A stretch of DNA of 64,000 bases from Deltaproteobacteria bacterium (GCA_034670305.1 JAXMNT010000034.1:17439-81438), one strand, 5' to 3'; positions 51,454 to 61,863 are shown, numbered from the stretch's first letter. Program-made: numbers and translations. The notes: generated from the letters alone by a model not told the origin.

Positions 51454-52279
51454 ATGACCATCACCTCCTCCGCATCCCTCGCACTCACCGCATCCGAATC
51501 CAAAGGAGAGGATGCCGCGGCTCCCTTGCCCTTGCCCCTGCCCTTGCCCTCAGTGTCCGAATCCGAATCCGAATCCGAAGGAGAGGATGCCGCCGAAGCC
51601 ACCGGATCCCGCACGCCCGACCGGCTGCTCGGCCGCGGCACGCCGAAGACGCTGGCCATCCTCGGTGCGACCCGCGGGGTGGGCTTGCGGCTCACCGAGT
51701 TGGCACTGGCCCAGGGGCACCATGTCCGGGCGCTGGTCCGGGACCCGAGCCGGCTGACGCTGAGTCACGACCGGCTCGAGGTGGTGGTCGGCGACGCGAC
51801 CTCGGCCGAAGACGTGGCTCGGGTGGCGATGGGCTGCGATGCGGTGTGTTGCGCGGTCGGCGCGCCGGCCTTGAGCAGGTCGAAAGTGCGGTCTGAGAGT
51901 GCCCACGCGCTGAAGGCCGGTATGGCGGCGGCTGGCGTGAGGCGGCTGGTTGTTCTGTCCATCTTCGGGATCGGCGACAGCGCGCCTGGGCTGACGTTCG
52001 TCCTGCGGTGGCTCATCTTCCCGACCTACCTCCGGCGACCAGCGGCCGAACACAAGCTGCAGGAAGACGTGCTTCGGGGGAGCGATCTCGATACCACCTT
52101 CATCCGCCCGCCGAACCTCACCGATGGGCCGCGCACGGGTGGGTACCGCAGTGATTTCCCAGCCGAAGAGCGGGATGAGCCTGACCATCGCGCGAGCCGA
52201 CGTAGCAGAGTTGATGCTTCGGTCGGTGTTCGACGATCGCTCGATCGGCCGGAGTCGGCTGATCTCGGATGTTGCCTAG
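51454..52279 (+). pseudogene. NAD(P)-binding atypical SDR (BVR-B/flavin reductase-like), frameshifted at about 52172
   Basis: ILGATRGVG...VRALVRDPSRL...TFIRPPNLTDGP; C-terminus MSLTIARADVAELML...* is in the +1 frame; could be a sequencing indel. Confidence 0.75.
51486..51593 (+). repeat. Left arm of a ~108-bp inverted repeat
   Basis: Approximate reverse complement of 52282-52390. Confidence 0.9.
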
Positions 52280-52281
52280 CC

Positions 52282-52390
52282 GCGGCATCCTCTCCTTCGG
52301 ATTCGGATTCGGAGCCCCGAGGGCAAGGGCACGGGCAAGGGCACGGGCAAGGGAACTGCGGCATCCTCTCCTTCGGATTCGGATGCGGTG
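52282..52390 (-). repeat. Right arm of a ~108-bp inverted repeat
   Basis: GCGGCATCCTCTCCTTCGGATTCGGA twice around a GGGCAA/GGGCAC array. Confidence 0.9.
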
Positions 52391-52602
52391 TGCGGGGAGA
52401 GGTGAAGGTCCGCCGCTCACCCATGTCCCCGGTTTGCGTTCGCGCTGCGATGTTTCTGATCGGGGGCTTGGAAATTCTGGAGACCGCTGGCGACTGCATC
52501 AGGCACACACCGGCAGGGTATTTGCTCTGTTGGGAGGCGGTTGGCACTTATGGCTCTGGTTGGCACACGATGCGTCACTCAGAGCGTCGAGGGAGACAGC
52601 GA

Positions 52603-54126
52603 ATGCGACGGTTGTTGATGTTGGGGTTGGTCATGACGGTGGGACTTGGGTGCAACCGCACCCACACGATGGGACCGGATCCGGATCCCGATCCGGATCC
52701 CGATCCCGACATCGTGCTGCCGGACATCGGTGAGGTCGGCACCGCCATGATCGACCGCACGGGCGGTACGGTCTCGGTGGGTGAGCTCGAGATCGAGGTT
52801 CCTGCCGGCGCGCTCTCGGCGCCGACCGAGATCCGCATCGTGGTGGAAGAAGCCGCGGTCCCGGACAGCTTCACGGCGTACTCGCCCATCTACCGCTTCG
52901 AGCCGGATGGCCTGGTCTTCGAGCGCCCGGTGCGGGTGTCGTTGCCCTTCCGCGGGGCGGGATCGCTCGCGACCGTGTTCTGGACCCGCGAAGGCGGCGA
53001 GGAATACGTGGCGCTCGAGACTTCGACCGAAGCCGGTCATGCGTTCGCGAACATCACGCACTTCTCACAGGCGTTCGTGGGCACGGCCTGTCAGTCGGAC
53101 GACTGCTGCCGGCGGGCGCGCGGTTCGCTCGACGTGTTGCTCATGGTCGACAGCAGCAACTCGATGTCTCAGGAGCAGGCGGCACTCAGCGCGCAGTTGC
53201 CACGCATCGTGCGGGCGCTGGCGACCGGCGACGTGGACGGCGACGGGGTGCAGGACTTTCCGGCGGTCGGTTCGCTCCAAGTGGGCAGCGTGAGTGCGGA
53301 CATGGGCACTGGCGGATTCCTCGTGCCGACCTGCAACGAGCCGAACTTTGGCGATGACGGCGTGCTGCGCACGTCGGGCAACACGGCGATCCCCTTTTGC
53401 CGTACGACCTACCCGACCTTCCTGTCGTTCGAGGCGGCGAGCGGCGCGGATCCCGACGAGTTCACGAGCGATGTGTCGTGCGTGGCGAACATGGGCACGA
53501 ACGGCTGCGGCTTCGAACAGCAGCTGGACGCGACCCTCAAGGCGGTGACCCCGTCCACGAGTACGACGGTGTTCCACGCGGGCACTTCGGGTCATGCCGA
53601 TGGCGCCAACGCGGGTCTGCTGCGCCCCGACGCGGTGCTCGCGATCATCAACCTGACCGACGAGGACGACTGTTCGGCGCTCGACCCGGAACTCTTCAAC
53701 CCGTCGTCGCCGCGCTACCCCGGCGACTTGAACCTGCGCTGCTTCCAGCACCCCGAAGCGGTGCATCCGGTGGACCGTTACGTCGAAGGGCTCCTGTCGA
53801 CGAAGGCGGATGCGGCCGACCTCGTCTACGCGGTCATCGCGGGCATCCCGCTCGGGACCGACGGCACCGCGTTCGACGACATCCTCGCGCACCCGGACAT
53901 GGTCGAGCGGATCGATCCCGGCATGTCGACGCGGCTGCGCGCAAGCTGCGACCGACCGGGCACTGGCCTCGCGTTCCCGCCGCGCCGCATGGTCCAGACG
54001 GCCCAGGGCATCAGCGAAGCGGGCGGCCATGGCGTGGCCGCGTCCATCTGCCAGGAGGACTTCAGCGAGCCGATCCGGCTCATCCTGGAGCAGGTCTCGC
54101 GGAGTGTCTCCGGCACCTGCGGCTGA
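52603..54126 (+). CDS. Lipoprotein with ZU5-like and vWA domains
   Basis: Lipobox GLGC; PD repeat; IEVPAGAL...FEPDGLVFERPV...ITHFS; LDVLLMVDSSNSM; LTDEDDCS. Confidence 0.85.
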   Translation: MRRLLMLGLVMTVGLGCNRTHTMGPDPDPDPDPDPDIVLPDIGEVGTAMIDRTGGTVSVGELEIEVPAGALSAPTEIRIVVEEAAVPDSFTAYSPIYRFEPDGLVFERPVRVSLPFRGAGSLATVFWTREGGEEYVALETSTEAGHAFANITHFSQAFVGTACQSDDCCRRARGSLDVLLMVDSSNSMSQEQAALSAQLPRIVRALATGDVDGDGVQDFPAVGSLQVGSVSADMGTGGFLVPTCNEPNFGDDGVLRTSGNTAIPFCRTTYPTFLSFEAASGADPDEFTSDVSCVANMGTNGCGFEQQLDATLKAVTPSTSTTVFHAGTSGHADGANAGLLRPDAVLAIINLTDEDDCSALDPELFNPSSPRYPGDLNLRCFQHPEAVHPVDRYVEGLLSTKADAADLVYAVIAGIPLGTDGTAFDDILAHPDMVERIDPGMSTRLRASCDRPGTGLAFPPRRMVQTAQGISEAGGHGVAASICQEDFSEPIRLILEQVSRSVSGTCG

Positions 54127-54158
54127 CCTTGAACTGAGGACGCTTCGGCGCTCGAGTG

Positions 54159-54190
54159 AACCCGCCTTCTTTTTGGGAGGCGGGTTTTCT
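54159..54190 (+). terminator. Intrinsic terminator
   Basis: AACCCGCCTTC-loop-GGAGGCGGGTT-TTCT after the stop. Confidence 0.75.
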
Positions 54191-54344
54191 CGTGGCGCCT
54201 TCCTGCCACCACGGCCCTGGCTCGCCTTTGCGACACTGGCGGCCCCGTCGGGAGAAAGCGCACAGACGTTTGGGGGCGCTGGCACCAGACAAGGGGGGCA
54301 TCTGCGTCGACTGTCTCGGCGCCTACTCTCGTAAGGAAACACCC

Positions 54345-54983
54345 ATGAGCCTCAAACTCGGCACCGCCGCCCCCGACTTCAAGACCGACTCCACCAAGGG
54401 TCCCATCTCGTTCTACGAGTGGGCCGGCGACAGCTGGGTCGTCTTCTTCTCGCACCCCGCCGACTTCACCCCGGTGTGCACCACGGAGCTCGGCGCAGCG
54501 GCGCGGCTGCAGCCGGAGTTCGAGAAACGGAACACCAAGATCGTCGCCATCAGCGTCGACTCGGTCGAGAGCCACAACAAGTGGGTCGGCGACATCGAAG
54601 AGACCCAAGACGTGAAGCTCGGCTACCCGATCCTCGCGGACGAGAGCAAAGCCGTCGCCACCGCGTACGGCATGATCCACCCGGACGCAGCGGCCAACGT
54701 CACGGTGCGCAGCGTGTTCTTCATCGACCCGAAGAAGAAGGTCCGCGCGACCCTCACCTACCCGCCCGCGACCGGCCGCAACTTCGCGGAGATCCTGCGG
54801 GTGCTCGACGGTCTGCAGCTCACGGACTCGCACCAGGTCGCGACGCCGGCCAACTGGCAGGACGGCGACGACGTGGTGATCGTTCCGTCGATCCAGGACG
54901 CGGACGAGATCGCGAGGAAGTTCCCCAAGGGCCACAAGGTCATCAAGCCCTACCTCCGCACGACGCCGCAGCCGAACAAGTAG
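54345..54983 (+). CDS. 1-Cys peroxiredoxin (Prx6 family)
   Basis: FSHPADFTPVCTTE, YPPATGRNFAEILRV and VATPANW motifs; AAGGA RBS. Confidence 0.95.
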   Translation: MSLKLGTAAPDFKTDSTKGPISFYEWAGDSWVVFFSHPADFTPVCTTELGAAARLQPEFEKRNTKIVAISVDSVESHNKWVGDIEETQDVKLGYPILADESKAVATAYGMIHPDAAANVTVRSVFFIDPKKKVRATLTYPPATGRNFAEILRVLDGLQLTDSHQVATPANWQDGDDVVIVPSIQDADEIARKFPKGHKVIKPYLRTTPQPNK

Positions 54984-55060
54984 CGTTGGGCACGGTCGGC
55001 GGTCGCTTGGGTGACCGCCGACACGACCGGGTCGACCGCGCGCCGCGTCGAGTGCCGACG

Positions 55061-55256
55061 ACGCGGTGTCAGCGGCAGCGGCGGTGTCACCGGCAGCGTC
55101 AGCGTCAGTGTCAGCGTCAGCGGCAGCGGCAGCGTCAGCGGCAGTGTCAGCGGCAGCGGCAGTGTCAGCGGCAGTGTCAGCGGCAGTGTCAGCGGCAGTG
55201 TCAGCGGCAGTGTCAGCGGCAGCGGCAGCGGCAGGCGCGCGTGCGCCGACACCGCG
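55061..55256. repeat. Mixed hexamer array (CAGCGG/CAGTGT/CAGCGT) bounded by a 10-bp inverted repeat
   Basis: ACGCGGTGTC at 55061 and GACACCGCGT at 55247. Confidence 0.85.
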
Positions 55257-55367
55257 TGCCGACACCACGTACGCCGTGCGCCGCCTCCACCGACTGCCAG
55301 GTGCCCGCCGTGAGGGAAGCGCAGGGCGCGGGGTGCCGGGCGGCGGTTCGTGCTTTACGTTCCACCC

Positions 55368-55991
55368 ATGTTCCGCACTGGACTCTGGACGATTGCGCGC
55401 TGGCGGGGGATCCCGATCCGGCTGCACTGGTCGATTCCGGTCGGCGCGTTCTTCCTCGGCCGCATGGAGTTCGTGCCTGGCTTCTGGGTCGGTTTCGTAT
55501 TGCTCGTGCTGGTGCACGAGCTCGGCCACGCGTTCCTGGCGCAGCGCCGCCGGCTCGCGGTCTACGAAGTGCAGGTCCACGGCCTCGGCGGGGTGTGTGC
55601 CCATCGGTCCGGTTCGCCCTTCGACAACTCGATCGTGGCGTGGGGCGGGGTGCTCGCGCAGCTGCTGGTGCTCTTCGTGCCCGCGTTCGTCACCATGCAG
55701 TTCGTCGCGATGCCGAACGCGTTCCTCCGCGAGATGATGTGGGCGTTGACCGAGACCAACCTCTTCATCGCCGGCATCAACCTCATCCCGATCGAGCCGC
55801 TCGACGGCGCCAAGGCCTGGCAGCTCCCGAAGCTCTGGTGGCAGCGGCGCAAACGGTTGAAGAAGTCGTACCCGAAACAGTCCTCGGCCGCGCGCACGAA
55901 AGCGCTGCAGCCGATCGACGGAGTGGCCGCCGAACGGACCGCGCAGCAGCTGGCCCAAGCGGCGCTCGACGACGCGAAACGCAAACACTGA
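55368..55991 (+). CDS. Site-2 (M50) intramembrane metalloprotease
   Basis: IPIRLHWS, LVHELGHA and NLIPIEPLDG motifs. Confidence 0.9.
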   Translation: MFRTGLWTIARWRGIPIRLHWSIPVGAFFLGRMEFVPGFWVGFVLLVLVHELGHAFLAQRRRLAVYEVQVHGLGGVCAHRSGSPFDNSIVAWGGVLAQLLVLFVPAFVTMQFVAMPNAFLREMMWALTETNLFIAGINLIPIEPLDGAKAWQLPKLWWQRRKRLKKSYPKQSSAARTKALQPIDGVAAERTAQQLAQAALDDAKRKH

Positions 55992-56050
55992 CGTCCTCCG
56001 GCGCCCGCGCAGGTGCGCTCTTCGGCGACATCGTTCATGGTTGCTCCCCC

Positions 56051-56446
56051 GTGACGGATGCGAGCGAGGTTGGCGAAACCGCCATTCGGAGGATGGTCTT
56101 CGAGTTCGGCTCGTCGTCCGTGAGCCTACGGCTCGATGTGCGGTGGCCGTCCGGCGAGGCGCGGCTCCGCAACCGCTACCGGCGGCAGGACCTCGAAGAA
56201 GAACGCACGCTCACGGCCGCCGAACTCGAGTCCCTGCTTGCGATCGCAGAACGGGTGCGGCCCGAAGATCAGGCGGCCGCGGTGGTCGGGTTCGACGACT
56301 TCTTTTCCGAGACGGTCGTCGTGGTGCGTGGGGAAGAGACCCTCCGGATCCACAACCCACGCGGGCGACTCGGCGACTCCCCGGCCGGCGAACTCGCGCG
56401 CGCAGCGGGCGCACTTCTCCACCGCCATCTGCCGATCGAACGCTGA
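56051..56446 (+). CDS. Hypothetical protein
   Basis: Last ~130 aa of the long ORF read as globular protein; start uncertain. Confidence 0.5.
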   Translation: MTDASEVGETAIRRMVFEFGSSSVSLRLDVRWPSGEARLRNRYRRQDLEEERTLTAAELESLLAIAERVRPEDQAAAVVGFDDFFSETVVVVRGEETLRIHNPRGRLGDSPAGELARAAGALLHRHLPIER

Positions 56447-56470
56447 GCACCGGCCGCAAAGACCGGGGTT

Positions 56471-56776
56471 CTACTCTTCGGCTTCTTCTTCTTCTTCGGC
56501 CGGCTCGCCCTCGGGCGCGGCTTCAGGCGCCGGCGCGGGGGCGGGGGCAGGCGCGGCATGGTGCGCGCTGCTGGCGGCTTCGCGAAGCGCCCGCACCTCG
56601 TCGCGGATCTCGCGGATCTGCGCGAGCTCCACTCGGGCCGAGGTCAGCTCCGCGCGGACGTTGCCGAGCTCGCTCCGAATGTCGAGATGGGTCCACGCGA
56701 GCACGACCACCACGAGGAGGACGAGGAGCACGGGGACGATGGACGACGACGAGCCGCCTGATTTTTCTTCGGTCAC
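56471..56776 (-). CDS. Small TM plus coiled-coil protein
   Basis: N-terminal TM helix, heptad region, acidic tail. Confidence 0.65.
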   Translation of the reverse strand: MTEEKSGGSSSSIVPVLLVLLVVVVLAWTHLDIRSELGNVRAELTSARVELAQIREIRDEVRALREAASSAHHAAPAPAPAPAPEAAPEGEPAEEEEEAEE

Positions 56777-56881
56777 CCCAGAGGACGTACTTGGATTCGG
56801 CCGTCGCGGTCAAGCCCGCACGGGCTCGACCCCAGCCTCGAGCCCAGCCGAGCCAGCCAGGGCACGTCGCGGGAAAGAAGC

Positions 56882-57703
56882 TCAGGGGGCGCCGACGATG
56901 GCGATGCCGATCGTGACGCCGTGCGCTTCGGTGCCGACGAGGCCGCGCCGGTAGGCGACGAAGAAGCTCGCCGGTTCGCGGACCCGTGGCTTGGAGATGC
57001 GGACGGCGAGGCCGAGCTCCAGGCCGAGCCCGACGCTTCCCTGACGGATCCGTTGGTTGCCGAGCGAGCCGAGTTCGGCGTTCCGGATCTCCGCCGCGCC
57101 GAAGTGGCCGGTGGCGTGGGCGAAGGCGCGGGCGAACGGGGTGATCATGCCGAACTCGTGTTCGAGGCCCGCGAGCACTTCGAAACGCAGCATGAAGTGT
57201 CGGACGACGCGCGCCTGCAAACCATCCTGTTCGGCCTCGATGTCGGTGAAGGGGCCATCGAGGTCGCCGCCGCCGAAGGAGAGGCGGATCTCAGGCAGAC
57301 GGAGCCAGTCGCCGAGCAGCAGCCCGGTACCGAAGGTGAAGCCGCCGGCGCGGGCATGGGGGTCGAAGACGGGGAGTTCGGCGTTGGCGAGCGCCTCGAT
57401 GCCTACGGCGCCGAAGCGCCAGGCACGGTCGCCGAAGTCGAGGCCGGTGCCGAAGAAGCCGAGGGTGGCCAACTGCCGGCGGGAGGGGCGGGTGCGGGTG
57501 GTGCCCTCGGGGACTTCGGGGGGCGGCGGTGTGAGGGCGACCTGCTCGATCGCGATCCCCCGTTGGAGATCCACATCGGGTTGTTGGATGTGGACTTGCT
57601 GGCCAGTGGTAGGCGGCCCCTGCACGACCTCGACGACGACTTGCGCCTGAACTGCGACGGAGAAGCTCATTAGAAAGACGACGGCGAGGAACGTGCGGGC
57701 CAT
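56882..57703 (-). CDS. Probable outer-membrane beta-barrel protein
   Basis: Signal ending VQA-Q; alternating hydrophobic beta-strands. Confidence 0.65.
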   Translation of the reverse strand: MARTFLAVVFLMSFSVAVQAQVVVEVVQGPPTTGQQVHIQQPDVDLQRGIAIEQVALTPPPPEVPEGTTRTRPSRRQLATLGFFGTGLDFGDRAWRFGAVGIEALANAELPVFDPHARAGGFTFGTGLLLGDWLRLPEIRLSFGGGDLDGPFTDIEAEQDGLQARVVRHFMLRFEVLAGLEHEFGMITPFARAFAHATGHFGAAEIRNAELGSLGNQRIRQGSVGLGLELGLAVRISKPRVREPASFFVAYRRGLVGTEAHGVTIGIAIVGAP

Positions 57704-57780
57704 GCACACCCAACGGGCTCTGGGTCCGCGGGCTTACACCTCGGCGATCCACGAGAAGCGATCGGTCGTACACTGCACAC

Positions 57781-58545
57781 GTGAAGTTCTGCTTTGGCAT
57801 GCTCGGTGCGCTCTTGCTGGGTGGCGCGTTTCCAGTGACGGCGTCGGCGCACCTCGGGCTCACGGAACCTTCGTCTCGTTACGGGCCCGACGTCTTGAAA
57901 GACGGGCCGTGCGGCATGGAGGGCGGCACCCGGTCGCGTTTCGTGGTCACGGCCGAGGCGGGCTCCACGCTGACGGTGCGGTTCGAGGAGTACATCGACC
58001 ACCCAGGGCACTACCGGGTGGCGTTCGATCCCGATGGGGACGACGACTTTCGCGATCCGGTGTGCGTCAGTCATTGCGACGAGCGCACCGATCCGGAAGA
58101 CCCGACCTGGGCGCCGGACGACACGGGAACCGTGCTGATGGACTTGATCCCGGACGGCGCGCGCGAGGTCACGCTCGAGGTCCCGCTGCCGGACGTCGAG
58201 TGCGACAACTGCACGCTGCAGATCATCCAGGTGATGTACGACAAGCGGCCGTACGTCAGCGGCACCAACGACATCTACTACCAGTGCGTCGATCTGGTGC
58301 TCGAGCGGAGTGGACCGCCGCCCGACGCGGGGCCGCCGGTGGATGCCGGACCGCGGCCCGATGCGGGCGCGGTGGCGGATGCGGGGACCGATGCGGGCGG
58401 TGTCGCGCGCGATGGTGGCGGCGGGGGTCGCGATGGGGGTGCGGGCGAGGACGCGGGCGGGTGCTCGGCGGGGGGTGCCGGCGGGGCAGCCGGGGCGTGG
58501 GCGGTCTGGGTTGGACTGGTGGCGTTCCGTCAACGGTGGCGTTGA
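57781..58545 (+). CDS. SCE4755-family polysaccharide monooxygenase-like protein with MYXO-CTERM-like tail
   Basis: ASA|H mature N-terminal His; GPCG, HPGHYR, CDNCTLQIIQVM and YYQCVD motifs. Confidence 0.85.
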   Translation: MKFCFGMLGALLLGGAFPVTASAHLGLTEPSSRYGPDVLKDGPCGMEGGTRSRFVVTAEAGSTLTVRFEEYIDHPGHYRVAFDPDGDDDFRDPVCVSHCDERTDPEDPTWAPDDTGTVLMDLIPDGAREVTLEVPLPDVECDNCTLQIIQVMYDKRPYVSGTNDIYYQCVDLVLERSGPPPDAGPPVDAGPRPDAGAVADAGTDAGGVARDGGGGGRDGGAGEDAGGCSAGGAGGAAGAWAVWVGLVAFRQRWR

Positions 58546-58595
58546 GTCGAATCGGGCACGGGCACGGGCACGGGTCGCACAGGGCATCCTGACGG

Positions 58596-58780
58596 CGATC
58601 GCGATCCCGTAGGCGAAGCCGATCCCGACGCGGATCCCGACGATCCCCGACGCCGATCCCGAAGCCGATCCCGAAGCCGACGCCGAAGCCGATCCCGAAG
58701 CCGATCCCGATCCCGACGCCGAAGCCGATCCCGAAGCCGATCCCGATCCCGAAGCCGATCCCGAAGCCGATCCCGACGCT
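58596..58780. repeat. Mixed hexamer array (CCGATC/CCGAAG/CCGACG)
   Basis: About 30 units between convergent genes. Confidence 0.9.
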
Positions 58781-58800
58781 GAACACTGACTGGGCTGGCT

Positions 58801-59889
58801 TCAGCCGCGGAGGGATTCGACGACGCGGAGGAAGTTCTCGCCGAGGATCTTTTGGATGCGGGTGTCGGACCAGCCGCGGTCGAGCATGATCTGGACGAGG
58901 CGGGGGAGCTCGAACGGGGTGGGGATCTCGGGCGGCGGGACGATCGCGCCGTCGTAGTCGGAGCCGAGGCTGGGCACGTCTTCGCCGACGAGATCGACGA
59001 TGTGTTCGATGTGGTCGACGACGGTCTCGGCGGTGGCGTTCTTGGCGGCCAAGAAGTCGTTCTGGAACATGATGCCGACGGTGCCGCCCGAGTCGGCGAC
59101 GGCGCGGACCTGGCGGTCGGTGAGGTTGCGCCAGTGTTCGTAGACGCCCGCGACGCCGGTGTGGGTGACCATCAAAGGTTTGGTCCGGTCGTGCACTTCG
59201 ACCGCGTCGAAGAACGCCGGCCGGCTGATGTGCGCGAGGTCGACGAAGATGTCGGCGTCGTCGAGGCGCCGGATGAATTCGCGGCCGCGGTCGGTCAGGC
59301 CATCCGCGAACCCGAACGCGCCGGTGAGCTTGCGTGGACCGGGCGCGCTGGTCTGGCCGAGTGAGCTGGTGGTGAGGTGTACGACGGTGCAGCGGAGGAT
59401 GTCGCCGCGCGGAATGCGGCCGACGTCGTCCAGATCGTAGTCGAGCGCGTTGCCGCCTTGGATGCCGAGGAACGCGCCGTGTTTGCCGCGGGCGCGGGCC
59501 GCGCGGAAGTCCGCGGTGGTGCGGACGAGCTCGACGTCTTCGACCGACGCGAAGAGGCCCTTGATGCGTTCGAGGTTCTGGAAGAACGCGCGCCGACGAA
59601 GCCGCGACGGTTTGGCCGGGTTGGTGGTGAGGATCCAGGTCGCGCCGGTGAGCCCCGCTTCGAGCGCGCGCGGCAGATCCGTCTGGCTGTAGAAGTTGCC
59701 GCCGAAGATGCCCTTGCCGTGTTTCTTCGTGAGGTCGTAGCCGAACACGCGCGTCCAGATGAACGAGTCGATGTGCAGATCGATGACCTCACTCGACGCG
59801 TACAGGGCGGTGGCTTCGGAGGAGACACCGAGCGCCTTGGCCCAGGCCTCGGGTTCGGAACGCCAGTCGCGGTAGGACAGCTGAATCAT
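58801..59889 (-). CDS. Membrane dipeptidase family (M19) amidohydrolase
   Basis: IDLHID, VDLAH, THTG, RNLTD and LGSDYDG motifs. Confidence 0.9.
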   Translation of the reverse strand: MIQLSYRDWRSEPEAWAKALGVSSEATALYASSEVIDLHIDSFIWTRVFGYDLTKKHGKGIFGGNFYSQTDLPRALEAGLTGATWILTTNPAKPSRLRRRAFFQNLERIKGLFASVEDVELVRTTADFRAARARGKHGAFLGIQGGNALDYDLDDVGRIPRGDILRCTVVHLTTSSLGQTSAPGPRKLTGAFGFADGLTDRGREFIRRLDDADIFVDLAHISRPAFFDAVEVHDRTKPLMVTHTGVAGVYEHWRNLTDRQVRAVADSGGTVGIMFQNDFLAAKNATAETVVDHIEHIVDLVGEDVPSLGSDYDGAIVPPPEIPTPFELPRLVQIMLDRGWSDTRIQKILGENFLRVVESLRG

Positions 59890-60005
59890 GACGGGCCCGA
59901 CGGTAGTACACCGCGTGCCGCAGGTCGCGGGTGGATGCATGCGGTCTGAGCGTGGCGACGCAAAAGCGCTGGGCCGGCGACGGACGCACGCCGTAGGATC
60001 CGGCC

Positions 60006-60500
60006 ATGGAGTACACCGACTATTTCGTCGTGCGGGAAGACGCCGAAACGCTCGCGAAGAAGCTCGCGCCGCTGGCCGACGGCGCGCTCTTGATGGACGA
60101 CGGGGACGGACCGCTCCTGCCCTTCGCGGCGCTCTGGAAACCGAAGGCGCGCAAGACCTACGTCGCCGAGTTCAACTGGTTGCTCTCGGTGTTCGACGCC
60201 GAGTCCGCCGCGTGGGGGTTCACGATCTGCGTCGGCGGCGACGAGATCGGAAGCGCGGTCTACGGCGACAACTCGGAGTGGGGCATCGCGAAAAAGGACA
60301 ACGGCCTGACCGGTGACCTCGACGCCATCGCCGAGGCGCTCGGGGTACCTGCCGCGAAGCTCTCCGAATGTTTGCACGACGGCGGCGTGGAAACGTTCTG
60401 CACCCTCGTCGGGTTCGAACATGCGTACATGCTCTACCCACACGAGCGGGAGCTGAAGGGCCAAGGCATCCAGCGGATCTCGCAGCACCAAGACCTGTGA
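60006..60500 (+). CDS. Hypothetical protein
   Basis: AGGA RBS; GC3 bias. Confidence 0.65.
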   Translation: MEYTDYFVVREDAETLAKKLAPLADGALLMDDGDGPLLPFAALWKPKARKTYVAEFNWLLSVFDAESAAWGFTICVGGDEIGSAVYGDNSEWGIAKKDNGLTGDLDAIAEALGVPAAKLSECLHDGGVETFCTLVGFEHAYMLYPHERELKGQGIQRISQHQDL

Positions 60501-60613
60501 AGGCGACTGGAGAGGAGTGGTGGCACTCGACGGCGACCGCGGCGTGCACTGAAACCAGAACCGCGGAAGGACTGCGTCAGGGAACCTTTCGCGGTTCCAA
60601 GACTCCAAGCCGC

Positions 60614-61561
60614 ATGCACCGTCTCGCATGGGCCGCCTGTTTGTTGTCTGCCAGCTGGGCCCATGCCCAGTCCGACGCGGACCTGCCCATGCCCGACGGA
60701 GCCGTGATCTTCGTGCCGGAACGCGGCGCGCTGGTGGCGGACGCGGACGCCACGCTGAGGCGCACCGATCTGACATGGCTTCGGCGCGCCCAAGTGCTGC
60801 TCCAACGTGCGGAGCTGGCGGAGGCGCGGCGGTTCGAGATGCTGGACCGGCGGGTGCGCGGCGAGGGCGTGGATCGGACCGAGGCCGAGGCACTCGCGGC
60901 ACAGGCGGCCTCCGACTTCCAGCAGGCGTCGAACGTGCTGCGCGATGGACTGCGGGTGCGGCCGCGGCCCTACACCCGAGAGGTCGGGGTCGGGGTGTGG
61001 ACGTGGGTGCTCTTGCTCGACCGGCTGGAAACTCGAGCGACCGCACGCCGAAGAACAGCCCCAACTGCCTCAGCAACAGGCTCGGCGACAGACGCGGAGG
61101 GCGCAGACTTGGACGCCGAGGCGGTCGCCGCCCTCCTCGCCACCGAGTGTCCGGACTGTCCGCTCGCGGCGGACGCACACGTGTACTTGGGCGACCACGC
61201 GTACGCGCGCGCCGACCTGGACGCCGCGCGCGCCCACTTCGACGCGGCGGTGTCGGTGGCGCGCAGCACCGACTCCATTCGTGCCTACGCGTTCTACAAG
61301 CTCGGGTGGTTGGCGATCACCACCGGAGACACGGACGCCGGCCTCGACGCGTTCCGCAACGCACGCCGGCTCGGCAACCCCTACCTGGGCCGCACCGTAG
61401 CCCGCGACGCGGTCGGTCTTCTGCTCGCCCAGTCGCTCCCACCCGAGGCGGTGGTCGAGCAACTGCGCGGCCTGGTAGAGGACGAAGCCGAAGCGCGCGC
61501 GTTGATCGAGCGCGAAGCGGAACGGAACCGGCGGCCGCGGGTGATGGAGCGGCAGCCCTAG
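60614..61561 (+). CDS. Exported TPR-repeat protein
   Basis: Signal ending [14 protein letters not shown] and [11 protein letters not shown] motifs. Confidence 0.7.
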   Translation: MHRLAWAACLLSASWAHAQSDADLPMPDGAVIFVPERGALVADADATLRRTDLTWLRRAQVLLQRAELAEARRFEMLDRRVRGEGVDRTEAEALAAQAASDFQQASNVLRDGLRVRPRPYTREVGVGVWTWVLLLDRLETRATARRRTAPTASATGSATDAEGADLDAEAVAALLATECPDCPLAADAHVYLGDHAYARADLDAARAHFDAAVSVARSTDSIRAYAFYKLGWLAITTGDTDAGLDAFRNARRLGNPYLGRTVARDAVGLLLAQSLPPEAVVEQLRGLVEDEAEARALIEREAERNRRPRVMERQP

Positions 61562-61566
61562 CCCGT

Positions 61567-61800
61567 CATCGGCATCGGCTTCGGCGTCGGCTTCGGCTTC
61601 GGCTTCAGCATCGGCATCGGCTTCGGCTTCGGCTTCGGCATCGGCTTCGGCATCGGCTTCGGCATCGGCTTCGGCTTCGGCTTCGGCTTCGGCTTCGGCT
61701 TCGGCAGCGGCTTCGGCTTCGGAAGCGGCTTCGGCTTCGGCTTCGGCTTCGGCTTCGGCTTCGGCTTCGGCTTCGTGGTCGGCTTCGGCTTCGGCATCGG
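61567..61800. repeat. Mixed hexamer array (TTCGGC/ATCGGC)
   Basis: About 39 units; CTAG at 61558 and 61828. Confidence 0.92.
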
Positions 61801-61863
61801 TCGTCGCGGCGGAGACGCGGGGGCCGCCTAGGTCGCGCGCGCCTGGGCAGGTACCCTGCCCGG

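Noticed and set aside
51454-54126. 890-aa SDR-vWA fusion protein
   Set aside because: Produced by a frameshift; the downstream gene has its own RBS, ATG and lipobox
60628-61863. N-terminal extension of the 1046-aa ORF with poly-RL
   Set aside because: Off-frame read of the TPR gene and hexamer array; the signal peptide starts at 61864
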